From: an uncultured Colwellia sp.
GTDB taxonomy: Bacteria; Pseudomonadota; Gammaproteobacteria; Enterobacterales; Alteromonadaceae
Reading direction: 5' to 3'
DNA: 64,000 bases
Assembly: GCA_913057925.1 (NCBI GenBank)
Contig: CAJXPG010000002.1
Coordinates: forward strand, 5,387-69,386
Shown: positions 40,171 to 51,836 of the stretch, one piece after another
Numbering within the stretch: position 1 is the stretch's first letter
How the letters are laid out: each line of letters begins with the position of its first letter
Position numbers and translations under genes: made by a program
The notes under the pieces: model-generated
What the model was told of the DNA's origin: nothing
Databases searched by the model: none
What the model saw: only the letters and a program-made list of their open reading frames with translations

Positions 40171-41244
40171 TTATTCTTTCACTAATTTAGATAGCAGTTT
40201 TTCTAAGCTAGGCTCTAACGGTGCTTCAATTTTTAATCGTTCTTCTGTTTTAGGATGCGTAAATTCGATACTTGCAGCATGTAAAAACAAACGCTTAAGC
40301 CCTTTACTTTTCATTTGCTCATCAAAGTCATCATGGCCATATTTAGCATCCATGGCAATAGAATGACCACTGACTTGACAATGGACTCGTATTTGATGCG
40401 TTCTCCCTGTAACAGGGAAAGCCCTAACAAGCGTAGCACCACGGTAGCGCTCTAACACTTTATAACGTGTTTCTGATTCTTTACCTAATTGATTGTCAAC
40501 AACAACCACACGTTCACCAGACTTAAGGTCATTTTTCTTTAAACCTTCGGTCACTCTGGTCAATTTGGTTGGCCAATGTCCTTTTACCAATGCATGATAA
40601 AATTTTTGTACCTTTTTATTGCGCAACTGTTCATGTAAATTTCTTAAAGCAGAACGTTTTTTTGCTACGACAAGACAACCTGAAGTGTCTCTGTCTAACC
40701 TATGTACCAACTCCAACATACGTGCATCAGGTCTTAACGCTCTAAGCGCCTCAATTAAACCAAAACTTAAGCCACTACCACCATGAACTGCCATACCCGA
40801 CGGTTTATTGATAACAATAAGTCGATCATCTTCAAAAAGGATTTGCTTTTCGAGGTTTGCAACAATATTTAATCCAGTAGAGACAGCATCTTTTTGCTCT
40901 GATACGCGAATAGGGGCAATTCTTAATTCATCATCAACTGCTAATTTGTAAACAGGCTTAATACGTTTTTTATTAACTCTGATCTCACCTTTGCGCATTA
41001 AACGGTATAAGTGACTTTTTGGTACCCCTTTTAAGGTTCTTAATAAAAAGTTATCTATACGCTGCCCGGCATCTTCACTATCAATGGTGATAAACCTAAC
41101 TTTTGGTTTATCTTCATCCACAGGTCTATTAATCGTGTCAGAATTTTTCTGTTTAGATTGCTTGTCATTTTCAACTGAGCGATGTTGAGCGTTTGCTTTG
41201 TTTTTTTGCACGTGATTCGCTTTTTTAATATTAATTTCTTTCAT
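40171..41244 (-). CDS. rluC: 23S rRNA pseudouridine synthase RluC
   Basis: GQRIDNFL, NKPSGMAVHGG, HRLDRDTSG, GRTHQIRVH. Confidence 0.96.
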   Translation of the reverse strand: MKEINIKKANHVQKNKANAQHRSVENDKQSKQKNSDTINRPVDEDKPKVRFITIDSEDAGQRIDNFLLRTLKGVPKSHLYRLMRKGEIRVNKKRIKPVYKLAVDDELRIAPIRVSEQKDAVSTGLNIVANLEKQILFEDDRLIVINKPSGMAVHGGSGLSFGLIEALRALRPDARMLELVHRLDRDTSGCLVVAKKRSALRNLHEQLRNKKVQKFYHALVKGHWPTKLTRVTEGLKKNDLKSGERVVVVDNQLGKESETRYKVLERYRGATLVRAFPVTGRTHQIRVHCQVSGHSIAMDAKYGHDDFDEQMKSKGLKRLFLHAASIEFTHPKTEERLKIEAPLEPSLEKLLSKLVKE

Positions 41245-41925
41245 AACGCCAGTTTAACACATTTTATTTAACGAATAATGCAATTAACTCCCTTTTTTAT
41301 TGGCTAATGTTGCAAGATAGTGTGATAATAAGAAGGTTATTAGTTGATATTTAACGCTAACAGCGAATTAAATAGCTAAATCTAGAAGTAACATAGCTAT
41401 TCAACTTAATAATTTAACCTTAGAAGCTTTAAAGAGAGACGTAAGAGGCAAACTGCGGCCACATCATTTTGCGAGTTTTAAATTGTTTAATACGCTTATT
41501 CAGCCTTAACAATCTAGCTAAGACAACTTGATAGAACGGCCTATTGTATAAATTGACACAGAAGTAATCTATTAAGATCACTAATCACTGTAAATTGTCA
41601 AAAAAACATAAACAGTTTTAGCAAAAAAACATTTTTGTTATTCAGCCCAGCACCATAAAGCAATTTTATAAAATAATACCAGTGTATTTAACTGGTATAT
41701 AGCGCAGCGCACATGCTGAGCACATAAAGAATAATTTAACATTGCCAGCGACAATTTGCGGCATTGCTATTAGAAACAATCAGAATTTATAACAGCTTAA
41801 CCTGGTTTAATGACAGGTTAATCGTGACAACCGTGAGGTTGACAAAGTGCTGTTACCAGAAAAACAGATTGCTTTGTGTCCTAAGCAAACGGTGTGTTGT
41901 GACTTAAAAATGAGTCCGACAAACT
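41245..41925. promoter_or_regulatory. Long rluC-rne divergent intergenic region, likely containing the rne promoter and autoregulatory 5' leader
   Basis: About 680 bp without a convincing ORF; long rne leaders are known in gammaproteobacteria; boundaries not mapped. Confidence 0.5.
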
Positions 41926-44900
41926 ATGAAACGTATGTTAATTAACGCTACCCAATCAGAAGAATTGCGCGTAGCACTAGTAGATGGCCAAAAACTTTAC
42001 GATTTAGATATCGAAAGCCCTGGTCATGAACAAAAAAAATCAAATATCTACAAAGCCAAAATAACCCGCATTGAACCTTCTTTAGAAGCTGCTTTTGTTG
42101 ACTATGGTGCTGATCGCCATGGCTTCTTACCAATGAAAGAAATTGCTCGTGAATACTTTCCAAAAGGCTATACCTTTCAAGGTCGCCCTAACATCAAGGA
42201 AGTTTTACGTGAAGGTCAAGAAGTTATCGTTCAAATTGATAAAGAAGAACGTGGCCAAAAAGGTGCTGCGCTAACTACGTTTATCAGTTTAGCCGGAAGC
42301 TACTTAGTACTAATGCCTAACAACCCTCGTGCTGGTGGTATTTCACGCCGTATCGAAGGTGATGAACGCACAGATCTAAAAGCATCATTAAGTAAGTTAG
42401 ATTTACCTAAAGGTATGGGCTTAATCGTACGTACTGCTGGTGTTGGAAAAGATTACGATGAATTAGAGTGGGACCTTAGTGTCCTTTTACACCATTGGAA
42501 AAAAATCAGTGATGTTGCAGAAAGTCGTCCTGCTCCTTTCTTAATTCACCAAGAAACTGACCTTATACAACGAGCGTTAAGAGACTATTTACGTCGTGAT
42601 ATTGGTGAGGTTTTAATTGACCGCCCTAAAACATTTGAGAAAGTTAAACAACATATTGAAGTTGTTCGTCCCGATTTCTTAAGCAAGATAAAACTCTATA
42701 CGAGCGATGTACCTTTATTTACCCATTATCAAATTGAAACTCAAATAGAAACAGCCTTCCAGCGCGAAGTGCGCTTACCTTCTGGTGGCTCAATTGTTAT
42801 CGATCCAACCGAGGCGATGACGTCTATTGATATCAACTCTGCCCGCGCAACTAAAGGCAGTGATATTGAAGAGACTGCTTTTAATACTAACTTAGAAGCT
42901 GCAGAAGAAATTGCCCGCCAACTTCGCCTTCGTGATTTAGGTGGTTTAGTTGTTATCGATTTTATCGACATGACGCCTGTACGCCATCAACGTGAAGTTG
43001 AAAACCGCATGCGTGACTCTGTTCATCAAGACAGAGCTCGCATCCAGTTAGGTAAAATATCTCGCTTTGGTTTACTAGAGATGTCTCGCCAACGTTTACG
43101 TCCTTCTATTGGTGAAACAAGCCAAGGGGTTTGTCCACGTTGTAGCGGTACCGGTCATGTCCGTGGTGTTGAATCTTTAGCTTTATCTGTTTTACGCTTG
43201 ATGGAAGAAGAAGCCATCAAAGATAATACCCTACACGTACAAGCTCAAGTACCAGTGCCTGTAGCAACTTATCTACTTAATGAAAAGCGTCGCTCGGTAA
43301 TGCATGTTGAAAAACATCACAATGTACGCGTATTAATTATTCCTAATCCGCACATGGACACGCCTCAATATGAAGTATTGCGTGTTAAGAAAGATGAGAC
43401 TATCACTGAAGCAAGTTATGAGTTGCCGGTAAAACAAGCAGAGCTTGAAGAAGCTAAGATGCCTAAGTTTGATAAAGCCGCAGCTAAGCGCGATGAACCA
43501 TTAATTCAAGGCATGTCTGCACCTAAACGTGCACCTAAAGACGAAAATGCTGAAAAGAATAGTTCAGCTAGCTCACAAGTAACTAAAAAAGTTGAATCCA
43601 AAGGTTTCTTTGGTTGGTTAAAGAGTCTTTTTGTCACAGAAGATGTGGTTGAAGAGAAAAAGCAAGAGAGTACAACTAACAAGCCAAGACGTTCGCAAGA
43701 AAGACGCGGTAATCAACAAAATAAACGCCGTAATAATCGTGGCGGTAACCGTAATCGTAATGATCGTAACAACGACTCGAACGATAATCGTTCTGCTAAC
43801 AAAGCGAATGAAGGCAAAGGTAATCGTCCAGCGAGAGATGGCGAGCAAAATAAACCTAAAAGACAACCGCGCAAGCAAGATGTTGAAAAAGATAAGGTAG
43901 TTAAAGAAGAAAAAGTTGCTGAACGTCGTCAACGTAGAACGAACCGTAAAAAAGTTCGTGTAGATAAAGCTGAAAAGAACAACGAAGCAGCTAAAAACGT
44001 AGCAGCTAAGTCAGTGGAGAAAGAGCAATTGACTCAAACTCCTGAGGTTGACACAGCGAATACTGATGAGCGACCACGTAATAGACGTTCACCAAGACAC
44101 CTTCGTGCTAATGGACAAAGACGCCGTCGCAATAATACTAATGCAGATGCTTCACACAAAGAACAAACTGTAGCAGCAGAAGTAGTTACTTCGAATGATG
44201 AAGCCGTTGAAGCTCGTTACCCTGCCACTGAATCAGAAGTAGCGGTTCCAGAGCAAAACTCAGTGACTGTAGAAAAAACTCCTGTTGAGTCAACAGTAGT
44301 TGAAACATCGGTTGCATCTTCAGAAGAAAATCAAACTGAAGTAGTAGCTACTGAAAAAGAAGTTGTTGTTCCAGCTGAAACTCAAGTAAAAGAAGAATTA
44401 CAACAAGAACTTCCTCTTGAGCAAAAAGATGAGCCAATCGTCGATACAAAAGTAGCTACAGCTACTATTGAAAAAGTAGTAGAACAAGCAGAAGAAGTCG
44501 CTGTTGAATTAGATATCTCTGCTACTTCTGATGCTTCATCAGAGTCTGCACCAGCAAAAGTTAGCACTGTAGACGAAAGCGAAGCAACTGAAGTTGAAGC
44601 TAGCTCTAAAGATACTGCTGTTGTTGAGGAGATTGTTGAAACTCAACCAGAAAAAGCAGAGCCAAAAGAAGCTAAAGTTAAAGAGAAAGTAGTGAAAGCC
44701 GATAAGAAAGGTCCTGCAAAAGACAAGAAGTTAGCAAGACAAGTTAAAAAGGCTAACCGTCTTTCTGGCCGTGCTACTGCCCCTATGACAAGAACTGAGA
44801 CTATCACTACGATAAATGATATTCCAACCAGTTTTATGGCTGATGATGATAGATTACCTCATCAAACCTCTGGTAGAACAGCAGTTATCTCTGATGTAGT

Positions 44901-44934
44901 TAGCAGAAGTACTGCAGGCGCTACTAAGCCGTAA
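41926..44934 (+). CDS. rne: Ribonuclease E
   Basis: [26 protein letters not shown] Zn-link, amphipathic [11 protein letters not shown]-rich and acidic scaffold. Confidence 0.97.
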   Translation: MKRMLINATQSEELRVALVDGQKLYDLDIESPGHEQKKSNIYKAKITRIEPSLEAAFVDYGADRHGFLPMKEIAREYFPKGYTFQGRPNIKEVLREGQEVIVQIDKEERGQKGAALTTFISLAGSYLVLMPNNPRAGGISRRIEGDERTDLKASLSKLDLPKGMGLIVRTAGVGKDYDELEWDLSVLLHHWKKISDVAESRPAPFLIHQETDLIQRALRDYLRRDIGEVLIDRPKTFEKVKQHIEVVRPDFLSKIKLYTSDVPLFTHYQIETQIETAFQREVRLPSGGSIVIDPTEAMTSIDINSARATKGSDIEETAFNTNLEAAEEIARQLRLRDLGGLVVIDFIDMTPVRHQREVENRMRDSVHQDRARIQLGKISRFGLLEMSRQRLRPSIGETSQGVCPRCSGTGHVRGVESLALSVLRLMEEEAIKDNTLHVQAQVPVPVATYLLNEKRRSVMHVEKHHNVRVLIIPNPHMDTPQYEVLRVKKDETITEASYELPVKQAELEEAKMPKFDKAAAKRDEPLIQGMSAPKRAPKDENAEKNSSASSQVTKKVESKGFFGWLKSLFVTEDVVEEKKQESTTNKPRRSQERRGNQQNKRRNNRGGNRNRNDRNNDSNDNRSANKANEGKGNRPARDGEQNKPKRQPRKQDVEKDKVVKEEKVAERRQRRTNRKKVRVDKAEKNNEAAKNVAAKSVEKEQLTQTPEVDTANTDERPRNRRSPRHLRANGQRRRRNNTNADASHKEQTVAAEVVTSNDEAVEARYPATESEVAVPEQNSVTVEKTPVESTVVETSVASSEENQTEVVATEKEVVVPAETQVKEELQQELPLEQKDEPIVDTKVATATIEKVVEQAEEVAVELDISATSDASSESAPAKVSTVDESEATEVEASSKDTAVVEEIVETQPEKAEPKEAKVKEKVVKADKKGPAKDKKLARQVKKANRLSGRATAPMTRTETITTINDIPTSFMADDDRLPHQTSGRTAVISDVVSRSTAGATKP

Positions 44935-44951
44935 TATTAAAATTACACTTT

Positions 44952-44983
44952 AAAAACCAGCTAATATTAGCTGGTTTTTTTTT
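44952..44983 (+). terminator. rne terminator
   Basis: AAAAACCAGCTAAT-ATTAGCTGGTTTTTTTTT. Confidence 0.85.
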
Positions 44984-45278
44984 GCCCAAATAAAGATTAG
45001 AAGGCGTTTACTTTTTAACAGAAGTGTCGCCAAGATTTTCACAAAATAAATATCTGATCAGATATTATTATAATCAATTAAAATATTTTGCTCGTTATCG
45101 ATAAACAATTGCTAAAGATTATACAGGGCTTTAACTTAGCAGTAATAAAGCACTTGACTGTTCGCTTTAGCTAACGTTAAATAGTGAGTAGAAGTAGACC
45201 CGCTGTTAATAAATATAATAGGTCGCAATTGCTGTATATTTTAAGATATAGCGAATATTAAAGAGAGTAATAATTATT

Positions 45279-45710
45279 ATGAAAAAATGGTTTTTTTCTG
45301 ACAATGGTGAAGTAACCGGTCCTTTCGGATTAAAGGAATCTAATGAATTAATTTCAAAGAATCCAGATTTGTATGCTTGGCACCCATCATACACTCATTG
45401 GGTTCCCGTTAGTTGCATTAATGAGTTCGATACAACAATCTCACCACCACCACCACCGATTGACCTTCCGACCGATCTTATTGGTGATATGATAGGTGAA
45501 GAAAAAGAGTTATTAACGACTCTAGATCGAATTGATAAAACCATAAAAATCACGTCAGATTCTTTATATGAAATCGATGCTGAACTGGACGAATATAGCC
45601 AGATAACCCATAATTTAACTGAAGAAGTTAAAGTGGTAGTTAAATCAATTGAAGAGCAGTATGCTTCTCTTCAGAAGAATTTAGCTAACGTGATCAAAAC
45701 CGATTATTAA
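45279..45710 (+). CDS. DUF4339/GYF_2-like domain protein with coiled coil (paralog 1)
   Basis: KWFFSDNGEVTGPF...AWHPSYTHWVPV; then PPPPP and helical segment. Confidence 0.7.
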   Translation: MKKWFFSDNGEVTGPFGLKESNELISKNPDLYAWHPSYTHWVPVSCINEFDTTISPPPPPIDLPTDLIGDMIGEEKELLTTLDRIDKTIKITSDSLYEIDAELDEYSQITHNLTEEVKVVVKSIEEQYASLQKNLANVIKTDY

Positions 45711-45789
45711 TATCTATTCACTTCAATGCATGTGAAATAGTTCATCATATTAATAATAAAGTTAAAATTAACAAATAAGAGTATTTACA

Positions 45790-46701
45790 ATGAAAAAATG
45801 GTTTTTTTCAAAAGATGGCAAAGTAACTGCCCCACTAGATTTAGAGGCAGCAAAAGAGTATTTAGCAAGTAACCCTGATGTTTATGGTTGGCACCCTTCT
45901 TTTAGTCAATGGAAGCCCGTAAATTGCATTAGTGAATTTGTTGATGTTATTCCTCCTACTGAGCAAGCGCCACTGATTCCTAAAGAAATTTCTGATAAAT
46001 TTTTAGCTAAAAAAAATCGTTTAGAAACTAAACTCACCTCAATTGATGACAGCATAAATCATAGCCAATCATCACTAGGTAAGTTTGATCAACAAATTGA
46101 AGCGTATAAATCGTTAACGATAAACTTAAATGACGATGTTAAAGGTGCTATTGATAACATTGAGAAAAAATATAAGAATTTAAGTCGTAAATTATCTCAA
46201 GTTAAAGATGCTGTTCACATCGCAGAAAAAGAAATGTCTGAAGTGGTTGAAGATTTTGATCGCAAAATGAGTTCAAACGATATTTTCATGCCTTCTTGTA
46301 ATCAGGCACCACAGGTTAAGCACAGCTCTTCAGAAAGCCAGCAGATAAGTAAAGCTAAATTAGCGCAAGAAAAACTAGCTACACCACATAGACGTGTAGA
46401 GACTGTTGAAGAAAAGGTTGAGAAAGCCCCTACCGCTAAAAAAGAACAAACAAAACCAGCCAAAAAGAAAGAGGCTGCTAAAGTTGAAGACAAAGCAGAT
46501 ACGCATCTATATGACACCCATGAAGCCAATCATGCGCCAAAGGAAAGCTTCAATGGTATGAAAAACATGATGAAGTCTGTATTTAAAGGTGACAGTAAGG
46601 TAGAAAAACAAGAAGCACCTAAAGCTAAGGAAGCGCCTAAAGGTAAAGATGAGCCGTTATCCATGGCTGAGCGTTTAAAACTAGCGCAAAACAATCAGTA
46701 A
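45790..46701 (+). CDS. DUF4339/GYF_2-like domain protein with coiled coil and charged tail (paralog 2)
   Basis: KWFFSKDGKVTAPL...GWHPSFSQWKPV; K/E/A-rich C-terminus. Confidence 0.7.
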   Translation: MKKWFFSKDGKVTAPLDLEAAKEYLASNPDVYGWHPSFSQWKPVNCISEFVDVIPPTEQAPLIPKEISDKFLAKKNRLETKLTSIDDSINHSQSSLGKFDQQIEAYKSLTINLNDDVKGAIDNIEKKYKNLSRKLSQVKDAVHIAEKEMSEVVEDFDRKMSSNDIFMPSCNQAPQVKHSSSESQQISKAKLAQEKLATPHRRVETVEEKVEKAPTAKKEQTKPAKKKEAAKVEDKADTHLYDTHEANHAPKESFNGMKNMMKSVFKGDSKVEKQEAPKAKEAPKGKDEPLSMAERLKLAQNNQ

Positions 46702-46747
46702 ATCACCTTAATAGGTTAACTTACTTTAACAAGTTGCTTTTAAATAT

Positions 46748-46783
46748 AAAAGCCAGTCAATGGTAATATTGACTGGCTTTTTT
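46748..46783. terminator. Bidirectional terminator
   Basis: AAAAGCCAGTCAAT...ATTGACTGGCTTTTTT between convergent genes. Confidence 0.85.
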
Positions 46784-46811
46784 CATGTCTGTAATAAAGA
46801 TTAAGTAAGAA

Positions 46812-47459
46812 TTACTTTACATGTGCTAATGCTTGATTCGCTAACTTAGTAATTTCAGACCAATTCTTGTTTTCTACAATATCACTTGATACTAACCAAG
46901 AGCCACCACAACAAACAACGTTGGGTAGTGCTAAGTAATCACGGACGTTATTTAAATTAATACCGCCAGTTGGGCAAAAACGAATATCAGGGAATGGACC
47001 ACCAATAGACTTAATCGCTTTTACACCGCCTGATGCTTCAGCTGGGAAAAACTTTAAATGGTCATAGCCATAGTCAGCACCATCCATCAATTCAGAAATT
47101 GAAGAAATACCTGGAATTAGAGCTATATTACCTTCATTACCTGCTTGTAATAAATCTTTTGTTAAACCTGGACTGATAGCAAATTTTGCACCTGCATCAT
47201 ACGACTGCTGAAGTTGCTGACGGTTAGTTACTGTACCCGAGCCAATAATCGCTTCTGGTAACTCTTTTGCGATGGTACTTATAACATCTAGCGCTGCTGG
47301 AGTACGTAAAGTTACTTCTAGTACTTTAATGTCAGCTTTTAATAACGCTTCAGCAATTGGTAATGCTTCTTCTACTTTATTAATCACAAGAACTGGAACA
47401 ATCGGCCCCATTTCGAATACGTCCTTTGGCATGATTTGCCAATTTTTTGATACTGTCAT
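46812..47459 (-). CDS. eda: KDPG/KHG aldolase
   Basis: EVTLRT, GSGTV, LKFFPA, FCPTGGI. Confidence 0.95.
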   Translation of the reverse strand: MTVSKNWQIMPKDVFEMGPIVPVLVINKVEEALPIAEALLKADIKVLEVTLRTPAALDVISTIAKELPEAIIGSGTVTNRQQLQQSYDAGAKFAISPGLTKDLLQAGNEGNIALIPGISSISELMDGADYGYDHLKFFPAEASGGVKAIKSIGGPFPDIRFCPTGGINLNNVRDYLALPNVVCCGGSWLVSSDIVENKNWSEITKLANQALAHVK

Positions 47460-47603
47460 AAATCCTCTTTTATCTAGTTTGTAGAGCCGAATCTAAAAAC
47501 TCAGCATCGACCAATTTTTTATAATTTTGACTTATAGCCCTTAAGGTTGGGCTACAAGTGTTTTAGCTAGAACTAATAAATAGCCCTAGTAAATAATATT
47601 TAT

Positions 47604-49415
47604 CTAATCAAATAATGAACATGCGCCCGTTTCGGCTGAGCTCAAGTTACGACGCATAAAGCCGAAAAGCTCACGCCCCATTCCTTGGTGATGCCCATTT
47701 ACTTGGAACTGTGCTACTTCGCGACTTGCTAACTCTTGCTCATCGACCAATAACGATAGCTCTCCGGTTTCACCGTCTAAATTGATCATATCGCCATCTT
47801 TAATTTTAGCGATTAAACCACCATCAAGCGCTTCTGGACATAAATGAATGGCTGCAGGTACTTTACCTGAAGCACCAGACATACGACCATCAGTGACTAA
47901 AGCAACTTTAAAGCCTTTATCTTGAAGTACGCCAAGCAGTGGCGTTAATTTATGTAGTTCAGGCATCCCTCTGGCTTTAGGGCCTTGGAAACGAACAACA
48001 GCAACAAAATCTTTTTCAAGCTCTCCGGCATCGAATGCTGTTTGTAGTTCATTTTGATCTTCAAAAACTACCGCAGGTGCTTTTATCACAAAGCTGCCTT
48101 CGCGCAATGATGATGTTTTAATTACCGAAACGCCTAAATTACCTTTAAGCACTCTTAAGCCACCATCTTTTTTGAATGGTTTTTGCACTGTGGTAATAAC
48201 TTCAGTATCAAGTGATGCCTCAATGCCATCAACCCACTTTAGTTCACCATTTTCTAATACTGGTTTTTGCGTATATCTAGATAAGCCTCGACCACAAATG
48301 GTTTCAACATCTTCATGAACTAAACCATTAGAAATTAGCTCTTTAAATAATAGTGCCATACCACCCGCTTCTTGGAAGTGGTTGATATCTGCATGACCAT
48401 TTGGATAGATACGTGTTAATAGTGGTACAGCTTCAGATAAATCATTAAAATCTTGGAAGTTAATAATGATGCCTGCAGCCTTTGCAAATGCGATAATATG
48501 CATAGTTAAGTTAGTTGAACCACCCGTTGCCAGTAATGCGACAATAGCATTAACAATTGAACGTTCATCAACCATTCTACCAACAGGCATATAGTTACCT
48601 GATTGTTGAGTTAAGCGCGTTGCTTGGCGAGCAGCAGCTTTAGTTAGCTCTTCACGAAGTGGTGTATTCGGTGCAATAAATGAAGCACCGGGTAAATGTA
48701 GGCCCATCACTTCAACAACAAGTTGGTTTGAGTTTGCGGTACCAAAGAAAGTACATGTTCCTGCAGCGTGGTATGATGCAGACTCAGCTTCTAATAATGC
48801 TTCTTCATCAACTTCACCTTTAGCATATTGTTGACGAACACGTGCTTTTTCTTTATTAGGAATACCTGACGGCATTGGACCTGCAGGAACAAAGACTGTA
48901 GGTAAGTGACCAAAGGTCATACTTGAAATTAATAGACCTGGAACAATTTTGTCACAGATACCAAGCATTAACGCACCATCAAACATATTATGTGATAAGC
49001 CAACTGCTGTAGCCATCGCAATCACATCACGACTCATCAGGCTTAAATCCATACCTGGTTGCCCTTGAGTTACGCCATCACACATTGCCGGAACACCGCC
49101 AGCAAACTGTGCTATGCCACCTGCTTCTTGTACTGCCGCTTTGATAATATCAGGATATGTTTGATACGGTTGATGCGCACTCAGCATATCGTTGTACGCT
49201 GAAATAATGGCAATATCCGAGTGATTTAACCCCTTGATAGTTTGCTTTTCTTCCTTACCACAAGCAGCAAAACCATGAGCTAAGTTACCACATGACAGAC
49301 TAGCACGATGAACGGTAGTTGACTTGGCAGCATCAATTTTTGCTAAATACGCAGCACGTGTACTTTCACTACGTTTGATAATTCTTTCAGTTATATCTAC
49401 TATTTGCTGTTTCAT
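47604..49415 (-). CDS. edd: Phosphogluconate dehydratase
   Basis: CGNLAHGFAAC, YNDMLSAHQP, PAMCDGVTQG, ICDKIVPG, TDGRMSGASG. Confidence 0.96.
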   Translation of the reverse strand: MKQQIVDITERIIKRSESTRAAYLAKIDAAKSTTVHRASLSCGNLAHGFAACGKEEKQTIKGLNHSDIAIISAYNDMLSAHQPYQTYPDIIKAAVQEAGGIAQFAGGVPAMCDGVTQGQPGMDLSLMSRDVIAMATAVGLSHNMFDGALMLGICDKIVPGLLISSMTFGHLPTVFVPAGPMPSGIPNKEKARVRQQYAKGEVDEEALLEAESASYHAAGTCTFFGTANSNQLVVEVMGLHLPGASFIAPNTPLREELTKAAARQATRLTQQSGNYMPVGRMVDERSIVNAIVALLATGGSTNLTMHIIAFAKAAGIIINFQDFNDLSEAVPLLTRIYPNGHADINHFQEAGGMALLFKELISNGLVHEDVETICGRGLSRYTQKPVLENGELKWVDGIEASLDTEVITTVQKPFKKDGGLRVLKGNLGVSVIKTSSLREGSFVIKAPAVVFEDQNELQTAFDAGELEKDFVAVVRFQGPKARGMPELHKLTPLLGVLQDKGFKVALVTDGRMSGASGKVPAAIHLCPEALDGGLIAKIKDGDMINLDGETGELSLLVDEQELASREVAQFQVNGHHQGMGRELFGFMRRNLSSAETGACSLFD

Positions 49416-49504
49416 TTGCTGTAAACCTTTACTCTATATTTATTAATATCTATTCAGATAATTGAAATTTAACTACCTGTTGATAATGCATGTCGGACAA
49501 TAAA

Positions 49505-50200
49505 CTAAGGTGCCCAATAAACTTGTGTATTCAAGCTAGGATGGTGTAAAAATGCCCGAATTGGCATTTCAAAACTGTCTTGACCTTCAAGTGCCTGATT
49601 CAGCACAACTTGCTTATTTTCGCCACATAAGTGTAAGAAGGTATGCTTACTTTTACTTAAAGCTGCAAAACTAAAGCTAATACGTTGGTGAGGTGCTGTT
49701 GTTGGTAATACTTTCAATAACGCACTTTCATTATCTTGCGATAAACCTTCACTTATCTGCTCACTGCAAGGAAAAAGAGAGGCTGTATGTCCATCTTCTC
49801 CCATGCCCAAAATTAATACATCTAAAGGTAACAAAGTCGTGTTAGCTGCTACGTTCAGATCACTAAGTGTTTCTTCATTTAACTCTTCACCCTGCTTTAG
49901 ATGAAAAAATTTAGCTGCCGCTGCTTTATTTTGTAATAAATTTTCATGTACTAAACGGGTATTGCTATCGATACTATCTAAAGGTACCCAACGCTCGTCG
50001 GCTAAGGTAATAGTCACTTTTGACCATTCAAGATCACAATGCGATAAAATACTAAATAAACCTTTCGGTGTTGAGCCACCGGATACTGCGATACTCGCCT
50101 TACCTTTATGCTTTATTGCTTCACTTAGAATTTGTTGAACTGAATCGGCTAATGCTGAATCTAATTCGTTTCTTGAAGGAAATTGAGTTAACTGATTCAT
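49505..50200 (-). CDS. pgl: 6-phosphogluconolactonase
   Basis: VSGGSTP, DERWV, LGMGEDGHTASLFP; ATG overlaps zwf stop (TAATG). Confidence 0.94.
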   Translation of the reverse strand: MNQLTQFPSRNELDSALADSVQQILSEAIKHKGKASIAVSGGSTPKGLFSILSHCDLEWSKVTITLADERWVPLDSIDSNTRLVHENLLQNKAAAAKFFHLKQGEELNEETLSDLNVAANTTLLPLDVLILGMGEDGHTASLFPCSEQISEGLSQDNESALLKVLPTTAPHQRISFSFAALSKSKHTFLHLCGENKQVVLNQALEGQDSFEMPIRAFLHHPSLNTQVYWAP

Positions 50201-51669
50201 TATTCTACCCACTGGCGATCATCGCGTGCTATTAAAGAAATTGAAGAAACTGGTCCCCATGAACCTGCAGCGTATGCTTTAGGTGCTTCATTTGTTGTTT
50301 TCCAAGCATCAATAATACTATCAGCCCAAATCCAAGCGGCTTCCACTTCGTCGCGGCTAACAAACAATGATTGATTGCCGTTAAGTACTTCTAGCATTAA
50401 GCGTTCATAAGCATCAACTACACGTTCATCGTTGTAGGTGTCAGAAAAGCTCAAATCCAATTTGTTTTCTTGAATATGCATTTGTGATGCAATACCAGGG
50501 ATTTTATTCATCATTTGTAACTCAACCCCTTCATCGGGTTGCAAACGAATAGTTAATTTATTCGCAGGTAAATCGCTATAGCTATCCTTGAAAATATTGT
50601 GCGGTTGCTGTTTAAAGTGCACGACAATCTCACTATGCTTTTTCGGCATACGCTTGCCCGTACGAAGATAGAAAGGAACGCCTTTCCAGCGCCAATTGTC
50701 AATTTCAGCTTTGATTGCCACAAAGGTTTCAGTATTACTATTTTGGTTAGCGCCCTCTTCATTTAAATAACCAGGTACAGGAACACCATTTAAATAACCA
50801 TCGCTATATTGCCCGCGAACAACCTTATCTTTAATGTTTTCTCTATTAATAGCTTTTAGTGCTTTAACTACTTTTAGTTTTTCAGCACGAACGCTGTCAG
50901 CACTTAAATCTGCTGGTGGTTCCATTGCCAATAACGATAAAATTTGTAGAAGGTGATTTTGCACCATATCTCTTAATTGACCGGCTTCATCATAAAAGCC
51001 CCATCGACCTTCAATACCAACACTTTCAGCGACAGTAATTTGTACATGATCGATACTATTCCTATCCCAGTTATTGGTGAAAAGCGAGTTAGCAAAGCGC
51101 AGTACTAATAAATTAAGCACCGTTTCTTTACCGAGGTAGTGATCAATTCGATAGGTTTGATTTTCTTTGAAAAAATCAGAAACTTGATTGTTAATTTCAA
51201 TAGAAGAGTCTAAAGAGTGCCCTATTGGCTTTTCCATGACTACACGATCAGCATCAGTAATTAAAGCAGCAGCATCTAAGCCTTTACAGATATCGCCATA
51301 AATTGCAGGAGGTGTTGAGAAGTAATAAACCCTTGTAGTATTACCACTTGCAAGCGCTTCAGCTAATTTATTAAAAGACGTACTATCTTTAAAATCTAAC
51401 TGTTGATATACCATGCGATTAATAAAGCGAGTTAATACTGTTTCTTCGATGGTTTCTTTAACAAATTCTTGTAAATTTTCAAGTACAAACGCTTTAAACT
51501 CTTCAAGTGAGTGCTCTTGTCTTGCTGCGCCAACTATACGACTATCTTGGTGAATTAAACCGCATACTTCTAATTGATATAAAGCAGGTAATAGTTTACG
51601 ACGAGATAAGTCGCCTAATGCACCGAAGATAACTATTTCACTCGCTGTTTGACAATCTAAATTACTCAT
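50200..51669 (-). CDS. zwf: Glucose-6-phosphate 1-dehydrogenase
   Basis: FGALGDLSRRKL, RIDHYLGKE, RDMVQNHLLQ. Confidence 0.97.
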   Translation of the reverse strand: MSNLDCQTASEIVIFGALGDLSRRKLLPALYQLEVCGLIHQDSRIVGAARQEHSLEEFKAFVLENLQEFVKETIEETVLTRFINRMVYQQLDFKDSTSFNKLAEALASGNTTRVYYFSTPPAIYGDICKGLDAAALITDADRVVMEKPIGHSLDSSIEINNQVSDFFKENQTYRIDHYLGKETVLNLLVLRFANSLFTNNWDRNSIDHVQITVAESVGIEGRWGFYDEAGQLRDMVQNHLLQILSLLAMEPPADLSADSVRAEKLKVVKALKAINRENIKDKVVRGQYSDGYLNGVPVPGYLNEEGANQNSNTETFVAIKAEIDNWRWKGVPFYLRTGKRMPKKHSEIVVHFKQQPHNIFKDSYSDLPANKLTIRLQPDEGVELQMMNKIPGIASQMHIQENKLDLSFSDTYNDERVVDAYERLMLEVLNGNQSLFVSRDEVEAAWIWADSIIDAWKTTNEAPKAYAAGSWGPVSSISLIARDDRQWVE

Positions 51670-51760
51670 AGAAATTCTCTTATATAAAATTTTATCTTTA
51701 TCATTTAACTTGATTAATTACTTGCCTGTTTTTTCTCGGGTCAAAGTAAAGTCATCGGGT

Positions 51761-51775
51761 TGTAACTAAACTACA
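51761..51775. promoter_or_regulatory. HexR-type operator 1
   Basis: TGTA-ACTAAAC-TACA in zwf/hexR divergent region. Confidence 0.7.
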
Positions 51776-51821
51776 TATACCTCTAATTTAGCGCTTGTTT
51801 CGTCGACAGTAAAGAACTTTT

Positions 51822-51836
51822 TGTAATTTTACTACA
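51822..51836. promoter_or_regulatory. HexR-type operator 2
   Basis: TGTA-ATTTTAC-TACA. Confidence 0.75.

Noticed and set aside
43600-44760. Low-complexity R/N and E/V/T-rich stretch as a repeat element or insertion
   Set aside because: This is the normal intrinsically disordered RNase E scaffold.
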